Origin: Phoronis australis
Lineage: Eukaryota > Animalia > Phoronida
Assembly: GCA_002633005.1 (NCBI GenBank)
Contig: NMRA01000483.1
Location: 237,964-301,963, forward strand
Direction: 5' to 3'
Length of the DNA: 64,000 nt
Shown: piece by piece, positions 25,009 to 37,754 of the stretch
How positions within the stretch are numbered: the first letter of the stretch is position 1
How the letters are laid out: each line of letters begins with the position of its first letter
Program-made: the position numbers and the translations under genes
The notes under the pieces: model-generated
Databases searched by the model: none
What the model saw: only the letters and a program-made list of their open reading frames with translations
Told to the model about the DNA's origin: nothing

Positions 25009-25662
25009 GTATCTATAAACTCAACTATAGAAAGTCCTACACTGCAACATATGTAATGATCTATCCACAGTACTTTTCAAACCTACATAATAGATGTTTG
25101 CTCATTTTCTATCTATGAGAAAGGCAAAATAGCCTTTGCATGCAGTTGGAGTAGTTTATCACATTCTTGCAAATGTCACTGCATCATGAGTGTTTACTGA
25201 ACAACTGTATCAAACGACATCAAAGGTCCAATTAAGATATAGATATATATAATTTTGGATGAATGCTGGCTAAGTTTTTCACAGCATTACTGTGAGGGAT
25301 CCATATTCTAACATCGTTGTCTTCGGTGGGTAGAAATCTTTTGAATCACTGAACATAATCCCTGCTGGTTCAACTGGTCATAGACATCAATCCTTGTCTC
25401 GTGAATTCATAAGAATACAAACCGCAGAATAATAGACTATTCTGTATTATTATTTCATGCGTTATATAAATACTACTATCATAACGCAAAATGGCAGTGA
25501 CAGGTTTTGTGTGCTGTTGCTCCAGTCGTTTCAGCTTGTGATCATGTCAAAGAGGGAAATTCGTCTTTCCCGTGTCGGTGGCTAAATAGACCTTCATGCA
25601 TTAGATATTCGAAAAGTGCCAGCATTTCAAGTTGCTTTCTTTGTTCAAAAAGCATATTTTAA

Positions 25663-25728
25663 CGCGCGCGCGCGCGCGCGCACACACACACACACACGAA
25701 CACACACAAACACACATACATACATACC
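25663..25728. repeat. (CG)n(CA)n compound microsatellite
   Basis: CGCGCGCGCGCGCGCGCG followed by CACACACA... and (CATA)n. Confidence 0.9.
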
Positions 25729-26053
25729 GAAAGCCCAGTGAAGATACTCACACGGTGCATATACAAATGCAGCAATAATTTCAATGATATATACAAGATT
25801 ACCTTCAAAGTTTGAAAGTGGATAGACATAAAAAATGTCAATATACATTTACCATACTGCTGTACGATATCTTACTGATAATAATCAAGAGTGATTTCAA
25901 GTGAGGTATGTTGTCAATTAAGAACTAAGCTGAGTCACTTTAAAATAATTCCACCAAGAAACAGAAATTAAGGTTTTCGAAAAAAGCCATATTGGTAGTG
26001 GAAATATATTCTTCTATAATCATTAAGCACAATCTTAATTTTATTAAAAATTT

Positions 26054-26215
26054 TACGGTGGCCCAAAGCTGACACTGAAAAAATAAAATTACGAAAAATT
26101 CTCTGTTCTCGGAGGAGAAAACCTTTCCGCCGGAGAGGAAAGTTTTCTCCGAGGAAAGGTTTTCTCTGTGGAGAAAAGTGATTTTTTTCGCAATTGTCAG
26201 CTTTGAGCCACCGTA
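26054..26215. mobile_element. ~160-bp MITE / hairpin element
   Basis: TIR TACGGTGGCCCAAAGCTGACA ... TGTCAGCTTTGAGCCACCGTA, with internal GGAGAAAACCTTTCC/GGAAAGGTTTTCTC inverted motifs. Confidence 0.75.
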
Positions 26216-28476
26216 GAACTCATAGTAAGCGTTATGATATCGGGTTTTGTTCCGAGTGTCTGGAAAAGCTCTATTCTCTGATCTTCGTTTACTGTGTAGT
26301 CAAAAAAGATACGAGCAAATGACTGGAAGTTTTTACATCAACAAATTGTCGTAGTGTTCCTAAAATTGTGTCTATAATTGTCGCTGTTAAGCAACAATCC
26401 GCATCTTGACCTGCATAAGCTAATTTCATGACTGCTGTAGGAAAGTTGAAGCAAATCTAAAGTAGTAGTATACTGTTTAAAATCATGCTTAAGCGAGACA
26501 ACTGAGTTGCTTTCTTATATTTTAGTCGGTAAGGAATTCCAGTAATCAATGCATGTTATTATAACTGTGGGTCTTCTAAAGGTCTCTGGCGAGGGAAGGT
26601 GGAATAGAATACGAGATACTATGTCGAAGTCCAGGTCTAGTGCATTGGCACTTGTTAGAGTCAAATAGGATTTTATTCGATTAGATGTGGTGTTGTTTGA
26701 AGCTTTAAAATTATAAATGGACTGCTTGAACTTCACGACGAGTAGCTAGTTTGCTCTAGTTGAGACTATCTAAGACCTTAAAGGCCTATGGTCCGAGTTA
26801 CAGAAGAAAATAAACGCCGTCTTAGTCGTTTTTGGTGTGACATAAAGTTCAAAAAAGTTATTAACTTTGAACAATTAATAAAAATGAAAAACACGCTGTA
26901 AATACTACTAACGAATGAAATGTTTCCAAGGAATAAAAAGGAAAGTCATTAAAATACGCATAAACACTTCAACAACCATGTTTACATCGAAACCAATAAA
27001 AACAATACATACCTCCAGATTTTCCGATTTCAATCGCCAACATTCACGGTAAAGCGTAGAGACAAAAACGATCCTGGGGGGGGGGACAAATTTGTAGGAC
27101 GTGTTGGGGACATGCTGCCCACTCTCCCTCACCTGACCATGCCAATACCTTTATTAGAAAGCTCCTATCCCTGGTGGTCGTAGTGAGTACGATGGGTGGC
27201 GAGTCTCGGTCAACATAGCTATACTTGAGAATAGCTAATTAGTTTTGCTTTATTTTTTCCAGTTAGGATAGGACTGAGCACCTACACATGCCCATGCAAC
27301 CGTAAGTTGGTCTGTCTTATTCCATTAAGTTTTAAAAATGTATAGATATGCCAAGCTGAAACTTATTCAGTTATCGATAGCCACTTTCCCTCTGTATTTT
27401 CATCTTAGAGTGTGTAAGTTAGGAGAGAACGGTTACTTGCAGCTTGCATGGTCCAAGCACATTACTTGAACCCACAACCTTCAGAACATTAGCCAATCAA
27501 GTCGCATTATTGAAGTACAAATCTGTAAGTTTGGGCATGTCATGGAATTGCTCAATTTTCGAGTTGTGTATCGAATACAGATATTATGCTCAAATGTAAG
27601 CCGGAATTTGCGTCAATATTAATGTTACAAATTATATGCCTCTTATGTTGCTGTAAGTTTAGAATGATCCTGCCTGAGTTATAAATTTTACCTGCAGTTG
27701 TTTTATGCGTAAAGGTATGACAAATTGACTTAAAGTACATTTTTAAATCAGTTATCTCGTGATTGTTTTTGGTAAATGAGTCAAATTGTAGTGTTTAAAC
27801 CCTTCTTTGTCATATGTAATTTCAGAATGAGTGGTTTAAACAAACCCCCTAGATATTAACTTCGGAGGAGTCCCAGACTGGTTATAGATGCAGATTGCCT
27901 GAAGAAACCTTGAGGTACTGTTCCATTTAATTTCTTTAATATCTCATGGAATGACATTTCATATTTTATTCTACTCACAACTGGCAAGCCTAACCAGACA
28001 AAGGTTTTACTGTGATTTTTTTTTAATTTTTCAACTTAATTTGCCTTGTTTAAAGCATGTTCAATTTGTATTTAGGGACTTGTTGATACTAGCATCCAGT
28101 CAGTGGCATGGGCACGGTTATCATTACTTGTACCCAATGGTGGTTTTCTTTGCACAGTATCTTTGGTTTTAGTGCTTCACTGCTCAATGATATTGTAACT
28201 TTCCACTATCTTTTACACATACATGCTACCCCGGTATTTCAATGAGAAATCCAAGAAGTATGCAGTCAAAGATGAAGAAAGGCCTATACTCCACTGCCAC
28301 AGGCATTCGTAATTAGCAGATGTTTGAGAGAAGAACAAGGCATGCACAAAATTGACAAATGACTTCCAGGGGCCAACCAGTTTATTGCCTTGAGGTCAAT
28401 GGTCTGGCAACCAATGTTAACTGATCCATCAAAAGAATTAATCACTGCTTCAGTGAACACTTGACAATATTTTTAA

Positions 28477-30275
28477 TGGAGAATGCCAACCGATTTAATT
28501 AGTCTTTATTACCGTCTTAATCGGTCTATATCCTCATCGCCTTTTATACGGTCGACCTCACCTTGCCGAGAGATGTCGCGTTAACCTGTGAGGAAGAAGG
28601 GAAGCGACGCAGCGACGTCAGTGGTTCGTCTGCGGAGTGAATGCCGCTACATTGTGGTGCATCGGTTCCCGTTTGTCCGAACTATAAAGCTGCGAAGAAA
28701 GCGGATGTATCGTTTTTCGACTTCCTCGAGAGCCCGAAATGCTGAGGAAGTGACTCGCGGTTGTGAAGAATGAAAGTTATGCTGTTAATAGCAAGTATGA
28801 GGACGTGAAACATCTCCGTGTCTGTGGCCAGCATTTCGTGGACAGTGATTTCTCTGACGAATTCCGGCATGCCAAAGACCTATCCATACTTTCCGTTGCC
28901 TGTGCATGTTAACGGCGCCTCTCCAGTATTGCTTGATCAGTGTATTCCGGTTCGAACTGATAGCCTGTGAAACCTAACGATCCATCTGTGAAATCTTCGT
29001 CGGACGAGCTCTTGGCTAAGTCGGGATTGGCCCCGACGAGTGCAGTGTAGACGTTTATTATTCTGCGTTCTGTTTCAAAATGAATTATTCTCATCCTAAA
29101 ATGATCCTGACCAATGCAGCTTATATGAAACTGAAACAAAGTCTGTCTCATTAAATACAATTTGTAATCGGCCTTGGAGTGCTCGAGAGTGCAAATGTTT
29201 TGAGAAGCCAGCAAGGAATAAACCACTGCGTTACCTGCTTTTGATGCCGGCAACAAAGGTAGGCCTAATTGACCGGGCGACGAGGCCGTGTGAGCGCATG
29301 CTAATTGCTGACAGAAAGCTGTTGTGAAACAATTACTCGATTTTATTACTACTGTCACATGTTAGGGGAATCTTTGTTTACTAGAAATACAAATACATCA
29401 TTCAAATCATTGTTACTGCACAACCTTTGCCCTGACGGTCTGTGGAAGGGGAACCCGAATTCGCGGTCACCGACAAGTAGATTTTCAGTTTCGTCACGGG
29501 CTAATTCACATAAATAATTACGTGCACATTATTTCTTTGGCTCCGTCTTTCCGTGACTGGAGGTTTAGTTTCCAACTCAACTGAGCTGGTTTATGTTCGT
29601 GCCAGTCCCGGCGGCCGCGACGGGCCTGATCGGGTTCCGAGCCGTGACTGGCCGGGATAACGAGTCAGTCCGGCTGCGACGGGCCTCAGTGATCGGGTTC
29701 CGAGCCACTGGCCGGGATTAACTAGTCAGTCCGGCTGCGACGGGCCTCAGTGATCGGGTTCCGAGCCACTGGCCGGGATAACAAGCGTTTTGTGTGTTTA
29801 GAACTCAAAAAATCACAAGTATAAACAACACAAATCTAGGTTCTCCTGTCTGTATTTCATTGAAGAATAATTCGAATTTATCTTCGAACAGACGCCAAAC
29901 TCCTGCTACGGACTCGACCTTGGTAAATTGGCCTGCCGAACTTTGTAGGCTACGGTGTGTCCAAATACCAGTAAATCCGTAACAGCGAAATAAAACAACA
30001 CGTTTTTATAAAAACTCGGTGTATTTTTAAGGGTTTTACATCGAAGTTTGATGATTTATTGGTGATCAACGATGAATTCAAGCGATAAGCTGACACCACT
30101 AAACCTTGTTGTGAACTGCTGAACAGACTGCGTGTGAAACCAATTACGTCATTGGATAATTTCAACACCTCCGTGTGCCGTCAGGTGTCAGGTATTGCAG
30201 CCGAACATGCCATCGGAGAAGAACTACTCGATCTAAATTGATACAAAATAGATTGTTTTTGGGTGGCATTCTCCT
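28477..30275 (+). mobile_element. Kolobok (KolobokP-like) non-autonomous element with TTAA TSD, interrupted by a 1.14-kb insert
   Basis: TTAA|TGGAGAATGCCAACC ... GGGTGGCATTCTCCT|TTAA. The plus strand encodes a decayed THAP domain (MPLHC..VPVCPN...VSF / FRLPREPEMLRK*LAVV...HLRVCGQHFVDSDF). The minus strand encodes an acidic ...GYQFEPEY N-terminus. Confidence 0.8.
29603..29782 (+). repeat. GC-rich ~60-bp tandem repeat, three copies
   Basis: AGTCCGGCTGCGACGGGCCTCAGTGATCGGGTTCCGAGCCACTGGCCGGGAT repeated. Confidence 0.9.
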
Positions 30276-30989
30276 TTAAAGTTACTTTTGCACAGTAGCT
30301 TGACGTGGATATAGACTGTAGTCAATACATCTGGACACGACGATATTTATCATGGTATCAGTTTATCGTACAGTATATAAGTCTGAGTAAATCAATGATA
30401 CTTAATCACTGTTGCGACGCCAAAAACAGTGATACAGTGCCTGCTTTGTAATTTTATTGTTCGTGTAACTCGAGTCCATCAACCTGTTTCATCTGCTCTT
30501 GTTGATGCAGGTGGTGATGGGAATTGACTGGTACGTAATTAAAATAAATGTGTCCAAGACTTAAGCATATTTCAATTTATTACATGTCATGCAGCAGCTC
30601 TTGTTTGCATTTACATTGATGTTGAGAATTACTACAGTGAAATTTGATGTTGTACAGGTTTAACTTTGGCCCTGAAAAAATCCATTCTGTTCGTTAATGT
30701 GATTACGTCATTGCTGTTAAAGCTCTTATAAACCTGCCTTCCATCAAAGAACCGACTCAACCTTACTCAAAGTACAGGTGAACATAAATTTTAAGCACCG
30801 ATTTGTCTGCACAACAGACTACATTTACACTTCCTCTTGTTTGGGGTGAAGCGCTGCCTGATGTGAATTCGACCAGCCAATCGAAAACGTAGTGTAAAAA
30901 AATTCCCTGCGTGCTGGCTACCACCCAGCGGCACGCAGGGAACCAGCGAGCATCTCCAGCTTGAGGTTTTCCCCAATGAGATAAATATA

Positions 30990-31660
30990 GCTGTGGTTAT
31001 GGTAGCACTGAACAGTTAGACTGCGGCCGCGGCCAGTTTGCACTTCCAAAATATTAAAATTTAGGGGTAGGCCAGGCTTGGGGGCATTTTAGTTAGGTAT
31101 TGTATGTAAGCCAAGTGAATGTGTTTTTTTTTTGTATTTGTGAACATGCTGAGAATAAAAAGGCCACTTTCTCGGCTGTAGCTGCACTCTTCTTCAGGAT
31201 GGTGGCCCCCTATTGCAATTGTGCATTGCGGTGTAGCAACTGAGAAATTGGCCGCGATTTCGGGTAGCCCTCAAGCAAGCCAGATTTTGCAAAAATCTAG
31301 TTGATTGACAGTACTTTTGAACCACATTTTTGGAATTGATAGGAAATTTGCTTTCGGAATCTAATGTTGGCTTTAGTCGAGCTTCGGCAGGGAAGTGGTG
31401 ATTCTGGGGTGAAAAGTGCTGATTTTGCATTTTTTTGCCCTTATTTTTCTTAGTTCAGCTTGGTTTCCACTGGGAGTGAAAGGATCAAAAATACAAGAGA
31501 GTACAAAGTTTCTGTGCTCATCTGTAGGGCTTGTGATGTGAAATGACTCAAAACTTTTCTTTATTTGCATGCAGTTTTTGAAAGAGTGAAGAAAGGGTGA
31601 AGCGTCCATTGACGTGTGTTCTGATAGGCAAATCCCTGTGAGAACTGTTCAGTGCCTCCT
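30990..31660 (-). repeat. Interspersed repeat, inverted copy of 23080-23740
   Basis: Direct comparison of shared blocks with 23080-23740. Confidence 0.8.
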
Positions 31661-34600
31661 ATCGCCAAAAAAGAGCATAAAGGCGCATACGCATATGCCC
31701 TATTAGTTGTGTTTTTGGCCGCCAGGATTGACAAAAACAGCATCGACGAAACTGGATTGAATTCACGAGACGATAGGATATACGAAACAGAATCGATTAA
31801 ACAACATTGAATTCAGTAAACAGGATAGAATATACAAAACAGCGTTGAGTTCACGGCGATATGGAGTCGACGAGTGTGGACTGAATTGATGTACTAGCAT
31901 TGAATACACAAGATAGGATTGAATTGTCGTACAGTTGGCATTGAGTTTATTAATGGAATTGAAAATACAATTTGATGTTTTTTGCATAAGCCAAAACGAA
32001 TCTGAGCAAAACACTAATCAAAATGCTTCACGTAAGCTTGCGACGAGAAATAAATTTCAACAAATTTATACACATCTAATGACTGTTATGAAATTTTATC
32101 TTCTCAGTGTTGCATGTCAACGTAAATACATCGTTGCTTAAATTCCTACGCCTTGGTTCAACTTGACAATATTTTCTTCACATTTAACATGCGCGCAACC
32201 GGGGGTTCGGGGTCCCCCCATTTGGCGATGTGAGTAAATAGGTCCGCGTGGATGCACAATTCACAGGTCTCAATGTAGTAACCCGTTTTTTTTTAGTCCC
32301 CGTTTCAGTTTTCAGTAAAAGGTCCACATACTGGCCATTCGAGCCCCCCCAGCCATCTTTACATGTTTTAGTGTATTTGTGACTAATTCTAAACCAGTTC
32401 TTATTTACTCTGTCCAACATCAATATTTTTATAGTTGTCCTTCCATGTTCACCTCCAGCAGCGACATGTGAGACATTCGGACCAAGTTGCAACAGATATT
32501 TACAGAACTTATTTCGAACCGTTTCTATACTATTGGTGTCATGGAAACCCTATATTCTGAGTCATGTAACACATGTAACTGGCAAAATTTTTAAGACAAA
32601 TAATTTCCACCATAATGACACTGGCATGTCGACAAATTTTATTATATTTTTCAAAACAAATAGTGCTTTTGATGCTTTTTCAGAAAGTGTTTTTTTGACT
32701 CTTTGTGAAGAGTCTTTCGTAGAATGTTACGTCTAAATAACTGAATTCACAAGTCACGTCGATTTTAACCGAATATCTCTCAACCACTCTTTCTAAAAAG
32801 CACAATTTTTGTCTTGGACATGTTTACGCGCAATTTCCACTGTAACAGTGATTCTGTAGTTTTCCAACCAGTCTTTGCATAACCACAACTGTTTCAGTAA
32901 ACATAACCAAATCATCAGCAAACAATAACATGCAAATTGAGTAATCTTACGCTGACACATGATCCGCGAACATTTTAAGTCGTTTTCTTGTTCATTAAAC
33001 TAAAAATAGTGACAGCTGGCAACCCTGACGAAATCCTGAACCAGACGCAAAGGATAACCAATTTTTAAATTGTTTACAATTAAAATTCACTAGTAATAGT
33101 CATTTGGCACATATAACTTGTTGATAATATTTTTTTAACTCTAAAAACCAAGTTCAGCGACTGTGCTTCTAAAAGAACACGCTGGCGTTCCATAGCGTTG
33201 ACCTGGCGTGCGTTCAGTACCGTAGACGCTAGGGCCTACGCTAGGACTTAGCTAAAGCCTAGTCAAAGTCACGTGCTCTCATTTCAAATACAGGACAATA
33301 TCTCATGTAATCTCGCGAAGTCTTGCTTTTTAGCAACGAGAGGCTGATCTCCAATATGAGTCGGTTTAAAGGGGCATAAACCTCACACCTTGCTTTGAAA
33401 ACTAAATTTTGACTAAGGCCATTTACGGTTATGAAGTTGGTCTCAAATTGCTCCTTAACCAAAAAGATTTAAATGTGCTCGGAAAGAGCTTGCAGATCGT
33501 TTATCTTCACAACTAAACGTGACTTAAAGTTTTATCAGCTTGGCATGAAAAAATAACGAGTTTTGAGTCCTTCTCGGGTCACGAGATTGCTTCTAAGCTT
33601 AGTAAGGAAGAAGACAAGAACAAATTCTCAACGATAGGTTGTTTAAATAAAAAATAACTTGGTTTTTACAGAAAGCAAGGACATTAGGCCGTTTTGAATT
33701 GCCCGAGTCTCTAGAAGTTCCTTTTCATTAATAAAATCTTCTTAAGACTCTCGATGTTAACAATGCTAAGTTAATGTATACGAGAGGGAAATTGTATAGC
33801 GATATGCTTTTTATTTATAAGAGTGCTTTTTGGACTTAGCGCATCGAGCTTTGAATAAATTAAACTTGTAGTTGATCTTTCATCGAAGTGTGTACCCTAT
33901 GGCAAAGCAAATTTCGTTCACTGAACATGACTTTATTCTTGTTTGAACAAATAATACCGGCACCACCACCACCACCAGCTCTTATGAGTCCCGCCTGATG
34001 CTTTCCCAGTGTATTTCCGGATAGATTTTATCGACCGGTTACAGTTCCCTCATGCAGATAGGTGTACATGTAGATAGACTAAGACGCATATACAGGTAGT
34101 GAGCACGATTTCGAACGCAGCACATTCAGTCAAATTACAAGATGCTCTGTGCACGTGGGGACAGATCAAACAATGTACAATATTCATGTGAGTAGATTCA
34201 TGCTGTTTTAAAATTTTAATCCTAAAGAATTGAAAAATGATCAATTTTCTTAGCACGGCAATTATATATTTGTGCAGCCATATTAATAAACATAGGTTGC
34301 CTTCAGTGGCTGTGAACCCGCGTTACGCTCAAGAAGCGAATTTAAGAAATTTGTCCCAATAAAACTGGTCCCAACTATCCTTACTCGAAAGCGTAGCCAT
34401 TTCTGGGTTTGGAAAGACCTGAGTGGCCTTTCTTCCTTGGGAACATGCTCGTTGCATTAATTTTCTAGCACATTGGTGGTGTACGAATGACACGGGTGAA
34501 TTTACTAAATGTGCAGTTTTATTTTCCTGTTAGTGCAACAACTGGTAATAGAGACAACAAATGCAGTATATCAAGAATACTAGTTAAACGAGAATATACA

Positions 34601-35814
34601 AGTCAACTGAGAGTGCGCCAACGTGGTGGAATCTAACTATATCAAAATCACGCCGGACAAAAATCCAGCCAAATCAAGGCAGCTAGTGGAATCGTGGTTT
34701 AGTGCAATAACGAACTGCGAGGTCTTTTGAATGCAAGAAACCACTTCTAATTTGGCTAACTGAAGGAACAAGAGACAAATTTAATAACAGAAATTAAAAG
34801 TGATCTAAATCAAAAGATGTTTTTTTTATGGAAATTGACCTTATTGCCGCGTTACTTGGAATATACTCTTGAAATTGTCAATGGATAAAGGTTGTACGTA
34901 TTTGTGTTAGAAGGAGGGGAAGGGGGGGGGGGGCTCAGGGCACTCGGGCGACCCCCCAAATTAGGTGAAGTGGGCAAAAAGGTCCGTTTCAGAGAAACAA
35001 ATATTCCCGACTAAAAAGAAGAAAATGAGGCAAAAGTTCACGAAGAATGCAAGAACTACAAAAATTCGGCAAATACATAATTCATAGCTCTGAACGAACC
35101 CCGTGAGTCTTAGTAAAAGGTCCACATTATCAAAAATTTGAGCCCCCCCCATTTTTAGGCTGGGTGCGCGCATGAGTCTGTACAGGTATTGCGCAGAGTA
35201 GCCCATTTCTGTTTCCTAGAACAGCTGATTTTGCAGTGGCAGTCACCGACTCAACGTTATACTCTTCTTACTGTAAGTTATGGCGATACGTACCGAGAGC
35301 ATACAAAAATATCGCCAAGGCCGTCCTTAAACGGTTCTCATAGTGGTAAAAAAATTAAAATGGTGTCAGACCCTGTTTATTGGGATTGATTGTCAAAAAT
35401 ACAAGATTTATGGTAAATATTGCTAATAGACGAAGCAAACTGATATATTTCGTGAAAGGCATATTATAGGTCTAGTATCATTTGAATTTCTCAGTGAAAT
35501 CAAAAATGTCTTTACATGGACACGACAATCGTGAGCTGGTTTCTACAACCAAATAGGCCATTTGCAAGGTGGATTAGTAAAGTCTACTTCTAACGTCATA
35601 GTGCTAACTCCAGCCGTTACTGTGCACAGCGGGGGTCAGCTGGCCAGGGTATTCCTCCTGAGAAGTTATGGAACAAAAACCAAGATCTTTTCCCGCTTTC
35701 ACGCTGTTTAGAATCCCCACAAGTGTTCTATACTTGCAGTCGCTATGAAGCACAACGTTACGATTTTTGCGATACTGTGTTTTTTCAGACGATTCCTTGA
35801 AATGTACGGCCAAA

Positions 35815-36900
35815 ATGTTTTTCGTGAGGACCGCAGGCGTGGTAATTCTGTGTACAGTGATCGTATACACCTTGCACGGTTCACGGAGCTGGATAGGAAG
35901 ACGTGCAGTAAATAACACAGCGCGCAATATAACATGTTCCGAAGCGACTGGGACGACACCAAGAAATAAGCACTTAACGAAGTCACTCGCTACTTATGAG
36001 GGAACGTGTGCATCAATGATTCAAGCGACCTCGCGCGGACGGTGGGTAAAACGCAAGAGAAATCTAGTAGTCTGGAAACCTCTCGGTTGTGTTTTATCAA
36101 AAGTCAAACATTCTATGGCGAAATATCCATTTAAAAGATTAGTGCTTCTTGGTGATTCAAACACCTACAAACTCTTTGTATACCTAAGTAGGGAACTGCA
36201 GTGTAACGGTCGTAAGTTGAATTCCGGAGAAGCGAGATGCCAGATTGGGAAATATCTGAAAGTGGGAAGTCGCACTTCAGAATGGCACGCACCCATACAC
36301 GGAATAGAAGGACCTGTTGAATTTGGCAGGTATCATCCCGGCTGCACTGATTGTTACGGCTGCAAGCCGTCGTGGACTATGTGCGATAAAGAAGGAAGGA
36401 CGAGTCTAGAATATATACCCGTAGAGTTTGCCAGAGACGTTGCAGTGCAGGCCAAGGAATATGGTACCACTCAAGAGAACGTGGTAAATTATTTGAACAA
36501 AACTGGGGCTCCCACAGTATTAATATTTAATACTGGGGTACATGATCTAATGTACTCCAATGTAACGGCATACAAAAACAATCTACTGTGGTATACGCGG
36601 CTGTTGACGACAAACTTCCTGAATACCAAGTTCCTGTTCATTAACACCGCCTGCGTGGATGAAAGTAAATTAGCACCTGAATACAAAGGGATTATTCGAA
36701 ATGATATTTTGACTCGATATAACGTAGAGGCGTTCAAGATCATGGAATCTTTCAGTATTGCGTACATCGACAATTTCCAATTAACCAACAATTCCTTCTC
36801 ATTTCAGCATTATAGTGCGGATGCTCTGCATTTCACTCCTCTTTATTATACCAACATGATACAGTTTTTACACGTGCAGTTTGATTGGTGGTTCACTTAA
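35815..36900 (+). CDS. SGNH-hydrolase / PC-esterase-like (O-acyltransferase or esterase) type II membrane protein, 361 aa, single coding exon
   Basis: Longest ORF in the window, with ATG in AAAATG context 26 nt after a TTTTTCAG acceptor. N-terminal hydrophobic anchor (AGVVILCTVIVYTL), WKPLGC, catalytic-type LGDSN, FNTGVHD and DALH (DxxH) motifs. Confidence 0.85.
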   Translation: MFFVRTAGVVILCTVIVYTLHGSRSWIGRRAVNNTARNITCSEATGTTPRNKHLTKSLATYEGTCASMIQATSRGRWVKRKRNLVVWKPLGCVLSKVKHSMAKYPFKRLVLLGDSNTYKLFVYLSRELQCNGRKLNSGEARCQIGKYLKVGSRTSEWHAPIHGIEGPVEFGRYHPGCTDCYGCKPSWTMCDKEGRTSLEYIPVEFARDVAVQAKEYGTTQENVVNYLNKTGAPTVLIFNTGVHDLMYSNVTAYKNNLLWYTRLLTTNFLNTKFLFINTACVDESKLAPEYKGIIRNDILTRYNVEAFKIMESFSIAYIDNFQLTNNSFSFQHYSADALHFTPLYYTNMIQFLHVQFDWWFT

Positions 36901-37064
36901 CTGTAAATACTGGTACTTATTAATTCAAGAAAAAGTGACTGAAATACTGGAATTTGCTTACTTGTGTTATCGACACTCCGTCTCTAACGGACTTCAGCTT
37001 GGCCAGTGGTGTTATTATCGTTCTGGCCAATAGCCAGGCGTTTTAACCAAAACTTTAATGCTTT

Positions 37065-37586
37065 TATCCCACGTGCGTTGAATCTGTCGAGGGAAATACG
37101 GCCATGAAATTAAGTTTTCCGTATTCACCTCCAGCACTACTTTATCATCTACGTCTGACATGGAAAGTTCAAACGGTAGGTAAATGACGACTCGACGTCT
37201 TCTGAGCCGCTTCGATCATCAAACTTTCCGAATATAGTTTAAAGTAACACAGCTGCAACACTGTAACTAACACTCGACATGCAAGCAGGCCCTAAACGTA
37301 AAATCTAGAACAAAACTGTTAATTATAAGACACTTATGTCTCAGTTTTCAATTTCTGAATAGTATATCGTCTGCAACTCAGGCGCCGATTCCTTGGAAAT
37401 TAAAATATCAAATATTGTTTTTTTAACTATTTCCAGGAGTTGTTACAAGTTCACTGCTCAGTTGCCGTTGTTTTCATCTTTGCTACCTCAAGTAATAAAT
37501 CGTTACTTTTAAAACTTTCTTTTTCAAGAGAAAACTTGCAACCTAACGCGCAAGTAGGCTACATACGTATAGGATGTGATCCGCCG
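37065..37586 (-). repeat. Interspersed repeat, inverted copy of 24500-25008
   Basis: Direct comparison of shared blocks with 24500-25008. Confidence 0.8.
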
Positions 37587-37754
37587 TGTGAACGGTCTGG
37601 ATGAAGTATTCGAAAAATCTGCCGAGAAACTTAGGGATTCGAATTACATGGGATAAATACAAAACGTATCTCGACTGGCGTACATGAAGTAATATCCCAC
37701 GAGACATTATTCCGCGTATCGACCGAGATAGAAGGTCGAGTCAGATCTGTCCGA

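Noticed and set aside
27826-28400. Exon-like segments, possibly a decayed transposase C-terminus (RYFNEKSKKYAVK)
   Set aside because: Stops in the candidate frames and too little motif evidence to call.
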